From Moniliella sp. 'wahieum' (Eukaryota), in contig RSEE01000116.1 of NCBI GenBank assembly GCA_003971905.1, positions 62,001 through 126,000 of the forward strand: DNA of 64,000 nt, written 5' to 3'. Positions 25,401 to 37,226 of this stretch are shown one piece after another (positions within the stretch are counted from its first letter, which is position 1; each line of letters begins with the position of its first letter). Both the position numbers and the translations under genes were made by a program. The notes below the pieces were generated by a model. It did not search any database. It was given only the letters and a program-made list of their open reading frames with translations, and was not told the DNA's origin.

Positions 25401-26915
25401 AGAACCAGGAGAAGAACCAGAAGGAGAAGGAGCATTCCCCGCTGAGGCTTGGGAGGTTCCCCCGGTTCCTGCTCCGCCGGTTCCTGCATCCGATCCTGAT
25501 CCGATCCCGATCCCGATCCCGGTGCGTTTCCTGCTCCAAGCGCGCCGGCCAGATCAAATACGAACCACTGGAGCGGGTTGGCCGGCTGTTCACCTTCCCA
25601 TCCCAGACCGAGCAACACTTGCGTGCCTACGCCAACGGCGGTATGGGCGTACCGCGCCGACGGTCCCGAGGCAGGGTTCGGGTACCGCTGCCACCCAGCG
25701 CCGCTGGTTGGGGATAAGATAAGACCCACGTATCCCCCTCTGCTGTACCGTCGGTCGTGCCGCCGTGGAGAAAGATGTGTCGATGGGGCAAGGCGGCCGT
25801 CGCGGCGAGTTGGCGCGGGGCAGGTGCGGGACCTGGCACGGTGAGCGAGGTCCAGGTCCAGCTACGGCCTTGTGGTGGGTTGGGTTTTGTCGTGGACTAG
25901 GTCGGAGGGCAAGTGGGCGCGGACGTGGGCGCGGGAAGAAGAAGAAGAGAGGTGGAAGACGTGGTGCGTAAGGTAGACGGTCGACATGTCGGCCCACGTC
26001 CCCTCGGCCGTCTGACCACCCAGCAAAACCGCCTCGGTCTCCGACATACCAACCAGGGCACCACCTACAATTCCTGCCTGGTGGCGGCGGTGGGACCACG
26101 TCAAATCCCAAGTCGGCCAGGGCCGGAGTTGTCCCCGAACTCGACGTCGTACTGGTATTGGTGGTGGTGGTGGTAGAACCAAAGCACCAGGAGGCGTTGG
26201 ATGCGATGTTGGAGCCATCGGGCCGTTGTCCGCCTACGAGTACACTGGTCGTGCCCACCGCGAGTTGGCGGCCATCGCCACGCGGGCCGGTTGGAGCGCG
26301 GGCCAAGGCAGGGCCCTCAGCTTGGAACCCGAGGGGGAAGACGTGGAAGGAGGAAAGGTAAGGAGAACAGCGGAATCGTTGGCGGATTGGGTGGGGGAGA
26401 GCGGGTCGGGGAGGCCGCCAACGATGAGGGCCTGGTGGGGTTGGAATGGAAGGGGAGATGAGGATGAGGAGCTGGCGAGGGGGACGGGGAGCAAGGCATG
26501 GAAGGCAGTGGCGGGCACCGCCGCCGTGCTGCTATCGGACGCGGGCGCGACCAACTTGAATGGCGGCGCGTCTAAGCCAAAGGGGCGGGTAAGGTCCAGC
26601 GCCCAGAGCTGTGGGCTGAGCGGGCCAGAGCTGAAGGTGAAGCCGCCGGCGCCCGAGGAGGCAGGCGCGGTGCGGCCGCCGTGGAGGTAGAGGGTGTTGT
26701 TGAGCACGAGGCTTGCCGCGCCCCAGCTAGCACCAGTCCAAAGAGAGAGGGGGGGTGTCAGTGTGTGGGGGCGCGGGGGGGAAAATGGGGACATACCGTG
26801 CGGCGGTGAAGGAGCTGCTGGCGGCGGCGGCGGTGGAGAAGGCGAGGAGGCGAAGAGGCTGGCGAGCAGCGCGGGCGCGCTGCTGCCGCGCCGTCTGCTC
26901 TTCCCGCGCAGACAT
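22449..26915 (-). CDS. Kelch-repeat type I membrane protein with a long disordered cytoplasmic tail, frameshifted
   Basis: Kelch blades NNTLYLHGGRT...LWALDL, VLLGGQT, HIFLHGG...GDTWVL and PSARYAHTAVGVGTQVLLGLGW. S/P/G-rich stalk. TM segment GAVAGAVVGSLVAVALVGAAGVVVY followed by RQYRLRKRH. Ends KLFVANAD*. Intron 26727-26796. Confidence 0.75.
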
Positions 26916-27179
26916 GGCGGGTAGGAATGCGGTGGTGCTGGCGAGGCGGAGGAGGATGGCGTCGAGGCGGCCGGGATGGGGGGAAAGCAACCGCCGCCGC
27001 GGCGTCGACTTCGACTGACTTGTGACTTGGTGGAGACAAATCTACGCGGCGTGCTACACGACTATCTACACACTCGCCCCGTGCCCACACCCCACCCACT
27101 AGCGTTCGGCCAGCCCACGAGCGCTGTCCACACTGCCCCCGCGCCACGCACACGGGACACTGGGCTCAAATGCCAAATT

Positions 27180-30083
27180 TCAATGCACAGCCATACCCAT
27201 TGCGAGTGCGTTACAAAGATGCTGAACCGCCATCCACCAGGCATCCGACGCGCCTCGTCTCCCTTCTCGTCGCCACCAACTGCCTCCTTCGCGCCGCCGT
27301 CGCCGTCGTCGTGCTCCTGCACCCCCCGCGCCACCGCCCCCGTTGCAGGCGCAGGTGTAGGCGCAGTGGCACGTGTAGGCGCAGGCGCAGGCGCAGGTGT
27401 AGGCACAGATGTAGGCACAGGCGCAGGCGGAAGCGGGCGCTGCGGCCGCGGCCGATGGGACCGAAAGCGACGCCTCCTTCGAGCGGAGGGTGGAAGACGA
27501 AGTGTGCCTCGACAGGGCGCGCCGGAACTTGGTGACGGCATGGACCACAGCAAAGACGCCCTGGACGGACACGATGGAGTTTTGAAGATCCTCTTCGGTC
27601 AGTTGGTCGTCCTGCACCACCGTCTTGACATTCTCCGCCTTGGACGGGAACGCCTCCTTGCCGTCCTGGGTCAACCACGGGTCGGACCGAAGCGCATCAA
27701 GCGTTGTCCGTTCCGATCCCTGTTTGCGCAACAACCCTTGCAGCAACTGCGTGCACCCGCTCGGCAAGTGGCTGGGTAAGTGGGTTCGTCCTGCCGGATC
27801 GAGGTGTAGAGGTCGAGCAGGCTGGTCTGCCGAAACGGAAGCCGTCCGACCACCATACAGTAAAACGTCACCCCCATGCTCCACAGGTCGTCTTGAAACC
27901 CATGAAACGCGCGCCGCTCCGGGACCCACTCGTACCCGACCCAGAGGCCGATGCCGAGCCCGTAGGCGAAGGAGACGAAGAAGACGAAGCCGGAGAAGAC
28001 GAAGAAGGATGGATAGGCGCAGTCGTCGTAGTCGTACTAGTAGAAACCTGGACCAGTTCAGGCGACATGAACGCCGGGGAGCCAGCGCCATGGAACAAGG
28101 CATCGTCCTCGCCCTTGACGAACATTTCCGACACGCCAAAATCGACAATTTTGCATGTCTGGCGATCGCGGGTAAGCAAGATGTTTTCGGGCTTAAGGTC
28201 GCGATGGGCAATCTGGTTCGAATGAAGGTACTCGACGCCCATCACGATCTGACGCATATACTGTCGTGCAACCTCGGGGTCCAACGGCGGCACAGTTTGG
28301 TCGACCTGCACCTCAATCACCCGGCCTCCAGGGCAAAACTCAAACACCATAAACAAACTGTCGCCGCCCGTTTGGTTCAGCACCTCGTACAGCCGAACCA
28401 CATTGGGATGGTGTAGTTTTTCAAAATGGCCAGTTCACGCCGAATCAAATGCAACGGATCTTTCCGACTTTGCTCCTCTTCCAAGCGAAGCCACTGCGAA
28501 CGTTGCCGTCGCGCCGCTTCCAGAGTCGTCGCTTCCGTCGAAATCTCCTCCGTCCGGCTCCCAGAACCTGACGCAGCAGTGGCCGATCCCGATCCAACTC
28601 CCGACACCGCGCCCGGTACGGATCCAGATCCGGGTGCCGAAGCCGAACCAGAGGGCGAGAGTGAGGGGGGGGGGCATGTGCAGGCGGGGGACGCGCGGGC
28701 GGACGACGTTGGAGCAAGGCGGCACGTTGGGTCCGTCGCAGCCGGGTCTTGCTAAACTCCTTGACGGCCTAGCTCGCGGGAAAGGCCGAATCAACAAGGG
28801 AAAAAAGAAAAGAAAAAATGCCCCACGAAGGACCCGCCCAGAACCAATGCCCAACCAGCAACGCCAACACCAAACCAGAACCGTAAAGCGAAAAAGAAAA
28901 AAGAAAAATGAGGTGAGTAAGCTGCAACCGATACCACCCACACATCCATACCCTCATCCACCGAGAAAGGGAAAGAGGACGAAAGAAGGAGGGGAGAGAG
29001 ACGTACAAATTCCACACTCGGATCGTCGGCCAAAGTAGCCCGATGAACTGTGCCATACGCGCCTTGGCCAATAATCTCGTAAATCCGGTACTGGTTCAAT
29101 TGTCGACTGCCATCGTCCAACTCGCGCGCGTGCGCATCCAACGTTTCCTTGTACCCTCCCTCATACGTCCCGTACCCGCGCGAAGACGAAGTCTCCTGCC
29201 GCCTCCTCGTCGCGGTCGAAGGCGGCGGCGACGACGAAGAGGAGGAAGCGGAAGGGGAAGGCGAGCGGGGAGAAGTAGATGAGGTGGGTAGGTGCGCGTG
29301 CGCGTGCGCTTGCGCTTGGATGTGGGATCCCATCGCACCATCCCGGTGTTCGCTCCCCTGCCTCCTTCGGTCGTCGCAGGGGTAGCTGTCGTAGGGGGGA
29401 AAAGTAACGTGCTGCACGGCGACGCGGACAGCCCACCTGCTCCCCCACCCTCCTCTCCCCACCCAAATCCATTCGTCTCATCCGACGGCGACGCGGTCAA
29501 TCCATCCGCCACGCCAGCCCCTGCCGCTACTCCCTCACCCAATCCAAACCCATTCACTTCTTCCGACGGCGACGCGGCCAAAACAGGGCCCGAGGTCAGG
29601 TCGCCTTCTGGGCCGCCTGCCGCTTCAGCGGAAGGAGAAGGAGGGGGAGGGGGAGACTGTCACAGGCACGGGCAAGAGCGAGGCGGAAGGGGAACACGAC
29701 AAGAGCATCGTTGAAGTGGGCGACGCTGATATCAGCGTCCCCGCCGCATCACCACCACGCTCCTCCTCCCCCGGCCGATGCGGGGGAGGAGGCCAGGGCA
29801 CGCGCGTCGGATGTATCCAGGTGCGTGGGCGTGCGGGGTGTAGAAGTAGCAGTCGTCGTAGGGGCAGCGCGGCCTGCTCGGTGGAGACCGCAGCGGGAGA
29901 CGGGAACGAGGGGGTGTCAGTGGTGGCGGAGGAAGGGGAAGCGACGAGCGGGGTATGCGGGGCAGGGGTCGCGGGGGAGGCGATGATGGTGGGCAGGGCG
30001 GGGGCGGGGGCGCGGAGGCGGGTGTGGAGCGGGGCGAGCGCGCGACGGCGTGGGTCGTCCGAGGGGGGCGATGCAGACGCCAT
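27180..30083 (-). CDS. CaMKK/Sak1-Elm1/Ssp1-family Ser/Thr kinase
   Basis: LNQYRIYEIIGQGAYGTV, AVKEFSK, IRRELAILK, HRDLKPENILL, KIVDFGVSEMF, AGSPAFMSPEL and DLWSMGVTFYC. Intron 28769-29006. Frameshifts near 28420 and 27890. Confidence 0.9.
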
Positions 30084-31363
30084 GGGAAGAGGGGGCGGTG
30101 GTGGTGGTGGAGATGGTGGTGGAGATGGTGGTGGTGACGGTGGTGGTGATGGTGGTGGAGATGGTGGTGGAGATGGTGGTGGTGCCAATGCGGCTGATGG
30201 TGGTGGAGGGCAGGCCAAGCACTGCCCCTGCCCCGCCCCATTCCCCCTCCTCCTGATGTGCTGCGGGGCGGAATCGGAAGGCACCCCCGTCTGACGTAAG
30301 CGGCCGTCAACTTCAACAGGATTGTCGCTCGAGAGAAAAAGGATCACTTTGCCTGTGCCAGCTCGTTGGTTTCTTTGGCCACAACATGTAACAGCTAATC
30401 GCTAACCGCTAACCACAGATCCAGGGCAGATGAGTGAAGCGACTCGTCCGCTCCACATTGGGAACCGGAATGGACACGAGGCCACAGAGAAGTGGAAAAC
30501 GTCAGAGGGGACGGATGGTTGATTGGTTGGACGGTTTCTCAACAAGGAACGGAGAGGCGAGCGTTTGGGTTCAGATCGGAGCTGCCCACAGGCATTGGGG
30601 AGCAAGATCGCTCGCCACGGCCAACCAGAGGAGAACGAAGTGCGCCCTCCATTGCCACGTGTGTCTGCATCATCATGGAGGGCATGCGCTTCTTCCCCTA
30701 TCGGGAGGAGAATGTCCCTTTCCATGGTCTTCGTTAATCAGTGAGGCACATTGCTAGAAGGAGAAGGGACTTAAGAAGTCGCTGGTCCCCACCCTCATTC
30801 CCCTAGTTCTGGGTTGAGCCATGATTGCCAATCAAGGGGGGGAGGCCAGGTGGTCGGAGCATATTCCGGTTTCGCTGGACCTGAGCTCGCACGGTGCGCC
30901 AATTTCGTGGCTACGGACATGAGCAGACGAAGGGTGCAGTAGACAAAATCCGGACGGTCGCAGCCCGTGGCTGTCATCAGTACTCTGACCGCCAGCATAT
31001 CATTGCGAAAACTGGTTTTTGGCCGGTCCCTATGAAAGCAGGGGGCGGCCCACTTGGTTTTTTTCCCGCGTTTCGAAATAGTTGTGTTGCACAACCAGCT
31101 GACCCGTGTGGGGGATCCCCTCTCCCAGCCGTCTGCACAAGGAACAGACTGCAATTCTTTTCGAGAACGGAGATTTGGCCGTTCCCTATGAAAACAAGGT
31201 GCAGTAGTATTTACATGTCGCTCAATCCATTGATACCTCCGGCTTGGGATGTTAAGAACACCGCAGCCAAAAGAGCCGAAGCAAATTATTCCTCCTGGGG
31301 CTCGTCTTTCGCATCCTCCATTTCCGTAAATACAGCAACATGGGTGAGTGCCAGTGACTCACT

Positions 31364-31545
31364 CAGTGGGAAGCACCGGGGACGAGGTCAGCTCGGCAGT
31401 TCATTGACTAACTTATAAGTGTGACCGCAAGAGTCTCTCTCAGTGGGAAGCACCGGATCACAGACGAGCTCGGCAGTACATTGACTAAGCAGGCGTGAGC
31501 ACAGTGGCTCTCTCTGTGCGAAGCACCTGCGAGCAGACCAGCGAT
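31364..31545 (+). repeat. Degenerate direct repeat, about 75-nt period, roughly 2.5 copies
   Basis: cagtgggaagcaccgg...agctcggcagtWcattgactaa at 31364 and 31441, with a partial ctgtgcgaagcacc at 31514. Confidence 0.7.
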
Positions 31546-32257
31546 TCATCCCACTGCCTGAGTGCTTTCGGACACCGCCAGTTTCGATATGCCCCCATCA
31601 GACCCGATGTGGATATTTTGATGACTGTATAGCCAGTGGCCTGGCGAGGCAACCAGACTGCATCCAGGACCAGCAGGACGACATCCGGGCGCCCCTCGGC
31701 CTTACGTTTGTTCACCTCTAAGCCGACTTGAATTCCAAGCCGCGGCCAGCGGCCTTTTTGGAGAGCATGGCGTGCCGGGCACGCCTATGTGGCATGGGAA
31801 GCTGCGGAGACATTGATGTCGGGGCTCCCGAGGACATGAATGCTATTGCTGGAGATTTATTACCCCTATGGTAACTCCACCTCAACGACACCCACGACGT
31901 CTAAGGCATCTTTGGTAGTGCTGTTACCGCCGGAATCTATGACATGAATCCCCTCATTGGTAGCATGGATATCCAAAAGGGGTCGGTGGACTATATCGCC
32001 CTGCCCATCGCCCGTCCCAGCACGCACCCCTCACCCACACTGCCCCCGTGCCGGCACCCCGGATGCAATGTTCAATGCGCAATTGCAATGTTCATATGCG
32101 TTGCAACGTTCAGTCCTGGCGGTGACTCTGAGCGATAGGTGATTGGCTGGCGGCTGTCTTTTTTTTTTCCGCCGGCTCTGCGGCTTTGGTTTTTTTTAGC
32201 CCGACCAGCAAGCCGTGTGTGAGGGTTACCCCCACCACCACCACCTCCGCCCCGACC

Positions 32258-33888
32258 ATGTCCGACTCCATCCACAGCCAGTACGACACGCTCCTCATCC
32301 TCGACTTTGGCTCGCAGTACAGCCACCTCATCACGCGCCGCTGCCGCGAGCTCAATGTGTACTGCGAGATGCTGCCCTGCACGCAGCGCATCAAGGACCT
32401 CGACTGGACCCCCAAGGGCATCATCCTTTCTGGCTCGCCCTACTCGGTGTACGACGAGGGAGCGCCGCGCGTCGACCCAGACGTGTTTACCCTCGGTGTG
32501 CCTGTGCTTGGCATCTGCTACGGCCTGCAGGAGATTGCGTGGAACCATGGCGGGCGGGTGGACCCATGCGACCACCGTGAATACGGCAGTGCCGATTTGG
32601 ACATTGTCGTGACGGGCAATGCGCACCTGGATGCGCTGTTTACCAATTTGGGACCTAAGATGACCGTGTGGATGTCGCACGGCGACCAGCTCAGTAAGTT
32701 GCCCGAGGACTTTGCTGTGATTGCCAAGACGCCCACGGCGCCCTATGCTGCGATTGCCCACAAGACCAAGCCCATCTACGGTGTCCAATTCCATGCCGAG
32801 GTCACCCACTCGCAGCAGGGCGACAAGATCTTTGATTCGTTTGTCACCATTTGCCAGTGCCGCCGCGACTGGACCATGTCGACGTTCATTGACAAGGAGA
32901 TTGCGCGCATTCGCGAGCTGGTCGGTCCCAAGGGCCGTGTGTTGGGCGCGATTTCCGGCGGCGTCGACTCGTCCGTCGCGGCCAAGTTGATGCACGAGGC
33001 AATTGGCGACCGCTTCCACGCTGTCATGGTCGACAATGGCGTGCTGCGTGCCAACGAGGCGGCGCAGGTGGAGCAGATGCTGAGCAAGGACTTGGGTGTC
33101 AACTTGACTGTCGTTGACGCCTCGGACCTGTTCCTGTCTCGCCTCGAGGGCGTCGAGGACCCCGAGAAGAAGCGCAAGATCATCGGTAACACCTTTATCA
33201 ACGTGTTCGAAGAGGAAGCGGCCAAGATTGAGGCCGAGGCAGACAAGGAGGAGGCTGCTGCTTTGGCCGCTGGCAAGGCGTCCGAAGCCAAAGGCAAATT
33301 TGAGTGGCTTCTCCAAGGCACGTTGTACCCGGACGTGATCGAGTCCATCTCCTTCAAGGGACCTTCCGCGACGATCAAGACGCACCACAATGTGGGTGGC
33401 CTGTTGGAGGACATGAAGCTCAAGCTGATTGAGCCGTTGCGTGAACTGTTCAAGGACGAAGTTCGTGCTCTAGGCCGCGTGATGGGCATTCCGGAGCACC
33501 TGGTCGGTCGGCACCCCTTCCCCGGCCCTGGTCTGGCCATCCGTATCCTCGGTCCCGTCACGCGGGAGCAGGTCAAAATCCTCCAACACGCCGACCAGAT
33601 CTACATTGACGAGATTCGCAAGGGCGGGTTCTACGACCAGATCAGCCAAGCGTTTGCTGTGCTGTACCCGTGCGTGCGGTCGGCGTGCAGGGGGACAAGC
33701 GGACGTACGACCAAGTGATTGCGCTCCGCGCTGCCCAGACCACCGACTTTATGACGGCCACCTGGTTCCCGTTCCCGTACGACTTCCTCTCCCGCGTGTC
33801 CAACCGCATCACCAACGAAGTCGCAGGCATCAACCGCGTCGTGCTCGACATCTCCTCCAAGCCTCCCGCTACCATCGAGTGGCTCTAG
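32258..33888 (+). CDS. GUA1: GMP synthase (glutamine-hydrolysing)
   Basis: [62 protein letters not shown] and [12 protein letters not shown]. One frameshift near 33668. Confidence 0.98.
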
Positions 33889-34777
33889 GCCCTAGGTTCT
33901 AGGTTCTAGGTTCTAGGCTCTAGGTCCCGGTGCGGTGGCGGGCCCAAATTACCGTACCCCCCCTCCCCCTCTCTCTCCTTTCTCCCCCTCACTATTCCAT
34001 CAACATGTACTTTTTTCTTCTTCTGTTTGCGGCCTGTCGGCCCTTCTCTCCCACCCACTCGGTAATGGTAACCTGCCTCTTCCCTCTCTCCTCGCCACCA
34101 ACCTACTTGGTGTGTTCGTGTGGTGGACCGACGGGAGCTATGAATAGACTCGGACATGGGCCAGTAGCCCCCCCCCCCCCCCCTGCAAGCGACAAACGCA
34201 CATCCAGACCAGATAAGACTCCTGCGTGCCATGCCATCCCCCAGCTTTTGCTAGGTATACTGGGACCTATGGCACCTACACCTCGAGCGTTGATGGGGAG
34301 CGTGCTTCGACGAACGCTCGTTTCACGTTATGTTGGGAGGAGGGGGACGGGGAGGGAGGCCCAGAGAGGCACATATGAACCTGGCTCTCTAGCTTGCCAT
34401 ATGACATGATGGCATGTGACGCGTGAGGGGGAGCGTTCTCAGAGGATCGGAATGCGAGGTAGGAATTCATTCGCTTGCCGGGCCGGTGCCGGTGCGGAGG
34501 ACCGAATCGAATTGGCGTATTGCGGGTGCAGCTCGGCCCGTGCGATGTGGATCACCATGAAACTGGCCTGGGAGAGCCGGCCCATGTTGCGACTGGTGAG
34601 GCCTGAGAATGATCGATGATCAATGGAACAGGCCAAGCAGATGGCTCGGAGCGGAAACGACGGCTTGGCGTGCCCTCTTGTCCGTGCCGGGGTAACAACA
34701 ACATGGGATGGACGCGGGGGGGGGGGGGGGGGGGGTAAGTAGAAGAAAAGGAGAACAAGGTGGAGGAGTCAGAAACC

Positions 34778-34830
34778 AGCCCAAGCCCAAGCCCAAGCCC
34801 AAGCCCAAGCCCAAAGCCCAAGACCAAGCC
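34778..34830 (+). repeat. (AAGCCC)n hexanucleotide repeat
   Basis: Visible tandem repeat just downstream of the CSN1 stop. Confidence 0.85.
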
Positions 34831-34853
34831 CGAGTCTGAGCAAGATGTTTCTT

Positions 34854-36841
34854 TCAAAAGCTGGTCAAAATCAGATCGTTCTCGAGCATCGCCTGCCCCA
34901 GCAACATGGCCTTCTGGGTCTGGGCACGTTCCTTGCTAAATTCGAGCACTTGCTGGTAGATCTGGGTGCGCTCATCGGGCGCTTGGATGGAAAATGTCTG
35001 GCGGAGCGAAACACAAAAAAAAAAGAACGAAAGGTGCATGCGTCAGTACAGTTTCCTTTTTTTGTGTGAGGTGTGTGACATGTGAGGTGAGAGTGGGGTG
35101 TGTGTTGCGGGGAGGGGGGTCACCGATCAGGGTGGCAAAAAAGGGGGGAAGGTACGCACGCGATTCACCATGTCGATGCGGACTTTGACTTGGTCCTTTT
35201 CCCACAGATCCTTGACCTTGTCCAGGACGAGCGCGGCGGGGAGGGACAAGGTGGTGGCCATATCGTCGATACGAACAAAGTTGTAAGACTGGAGCAAGTC
35301 GCGCACTGACTGGGTCACAATCACATCGGAGATGGCCGCAAACAAATGGGCGTGGCCCAGGTGGAGGTCGAGGGTTAAACGGGACGTGTCGGGGCTAGTG
35401 GCGTCACCGAGGATGGCACGGATAGGAGCAAACTCCCCTCGTAGTACTTCCACAACAAGTCGCGTGCATGTGGGTTGTACTCCAACAGACCTGTGATACC
35501 TTGTCCCGTCGCCGTGCCGCCTTCGGCATTGTTAGCGGCCGCACTGGCCACTTGGGTCGCCGCTTCCGACTGCGGTCCTTCGCGGCCCAGCAGGCGCAGC
35601 CCAATTTCTTTCCGCGACAACGCCACCACCGCACACAGCGACGCGTACATCGCCACACAGGCAGGGGACGACATGTAGTTCCAATACGCTGCCGAGCCGG
35701 ATCGACGCGGCTGAAATAGAGAGCGCAGCGAGGTACCGGCGCAAGCCCAACGTCGCAATCCCTCGTAGAACATTCAACTTGTCCCGGAACAAGCGCAGTT
35801 GTCGTGTCACCTGCGCTTTCTTTCCGGCTACCGCAGCGCTCGGTCCGCCATCGGCCGCCGCACCATGCGCTTGGTTGAAGCCGGTGCGACGGGGGAACGC
35901 ATCTTCCTCCTCTCCGGTCATCGCGGAACCACCAGCACGATAAAGATTCGCCAGCGCATTGTTCCCGCCCGCTGATGAGGTTGATGCCGAGGGGCGGTGA
36001 GCAGGGACCGTTTGTACCCCATCCCTCCGTTGCGGGTGAGACCGAGCGAAAGCGCCGCCCGAGCTTCGTCCAACTTGGTCTCGTCCGACTTGGTTACTGC
36101 CTCGGCTAAGCCAGCCACAATGCCCTCGGCCCGATCGACCAAGGTGAGGATCGTGCCGTACGCGAGCTCGTCCAGGGCTACCTCAGCCAAGCCCATGGTC
36201 GTCTCGAGCGTCTGCGCGACAGACGAGGCAAATTCGCGCGCCTCTTGGTACTGCACCTGCGCCGCACGGTTTTGCCCCGTGGCGCGGTAAAATTCAGCGA
36301 GATCCAAGTGGGCAATCTGGGAACAAACACACACACAAAATGATAGCGGAGGTGAGCACGAGGGTCGGTTCACAGAGCAGTACAATTGCATCGCATCGCA
36401 TCTCGGCAAGGCACGTACCCGGAGACTCTCCTTGATGCCATTGAAGCGAGCCTGGTTGAGCGCATGGGTCAGGTGGTCGGCATCGCGCTTGTTCTGCTCG
36501 ACGGTTGCGTCGATCCAAGCCTGGTCTGGGGCGAAGGCGGGTGCGTGGGGCGTGGTGGCGCGCAAGCGAGCCACTTTTTGGTACAGTGCCGCATTGGACG
36601 TTTGGCGGAGGAGGTCGAGTGCCGCTTCGCTGCAGGGCGCGCGTAACGATGGCACGCGCCTGGCGAGCTGAATAAGACGGGCCACCTTCGTCGCGCCCTG
36701 GTACGCGTCCATGTGGGTGTGCCAGTCCCACTCGCGTTCGTCGAGCGGCACGGCGGGCTGGAGGAGCAGGTCCAGGTCCGGGTCTACGTCGGTGTTAGGG
36801 TCGAGGGCCGGGTCGAGGTCGAGGCGCTCGGCACTGGCCAT
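34854..36841 (-). CDS. CSN1: COP9 signalosome subunit 1 (PCI domain)
   Basis: YQGATKVARL, DQAWID, NGIKESLR|IAHLDLAEFYRATG, AMYASLCAVVALSRKEI and the PCI end SYNFVRIDDMATTL...VKVRIDMVN. Introns 36317-36418 and 34998-35159. Several frameshifts. Confidence 0.82.
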
Positions 36842-37226
36842 CGCCGCGTCGGCCGCGCCGACGTCGGGCAGGGGGAGGCGCGGCCAGGCGGGCTGAGCGG
36901 CGAGGCGGCGCGGCTGGGCGCGTCGGGCGTGCTGGGCGTCGAGTCGGACGGCATTGGCGGCGGCGGTGAGCGTACGCCCGCTGGCCCGAGCGGGTGGCTA
37001 AGGCTAAGGCTAAAGTGCAACGCCTAACGACCGCCTGGCGCCTGCTGAGCTAAGCACCGCACTAGGGTTGCCCTTTGCCTGCCCTCATTAATCATTGCTT
37101 CTACAAGACAATTAAGGTACTACCTCCAGAGCCCCACAGGAAATATTGGTAAGTCGCATTGCATAGAGCGGGCACACCCGCGATGAAAGACAGTCGTGAT
37201 TGGGAGGGGGGGGAGAAAAGGGCTGA

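Noticed and set aside
31364..31545. CRISPR-like repeat/spacer appearance
   Set aside because: Eukaryotic context, only about 2.5 degenerate copies, and no cas genes.
5765..31734. Shared 14-mer AGCCGACTTGAATT at 5765 and 31721, both in atypical intergenic blocks
   Set aside because: Several 14-mer matches are expected by chance in 64 kb, and the similarity does not extend.
32258..33888. Programmed frameshift in GUA1
   Set aside because: No slippery heptamer, and the same kind of indel affects most genes, pointing to sequencing error.
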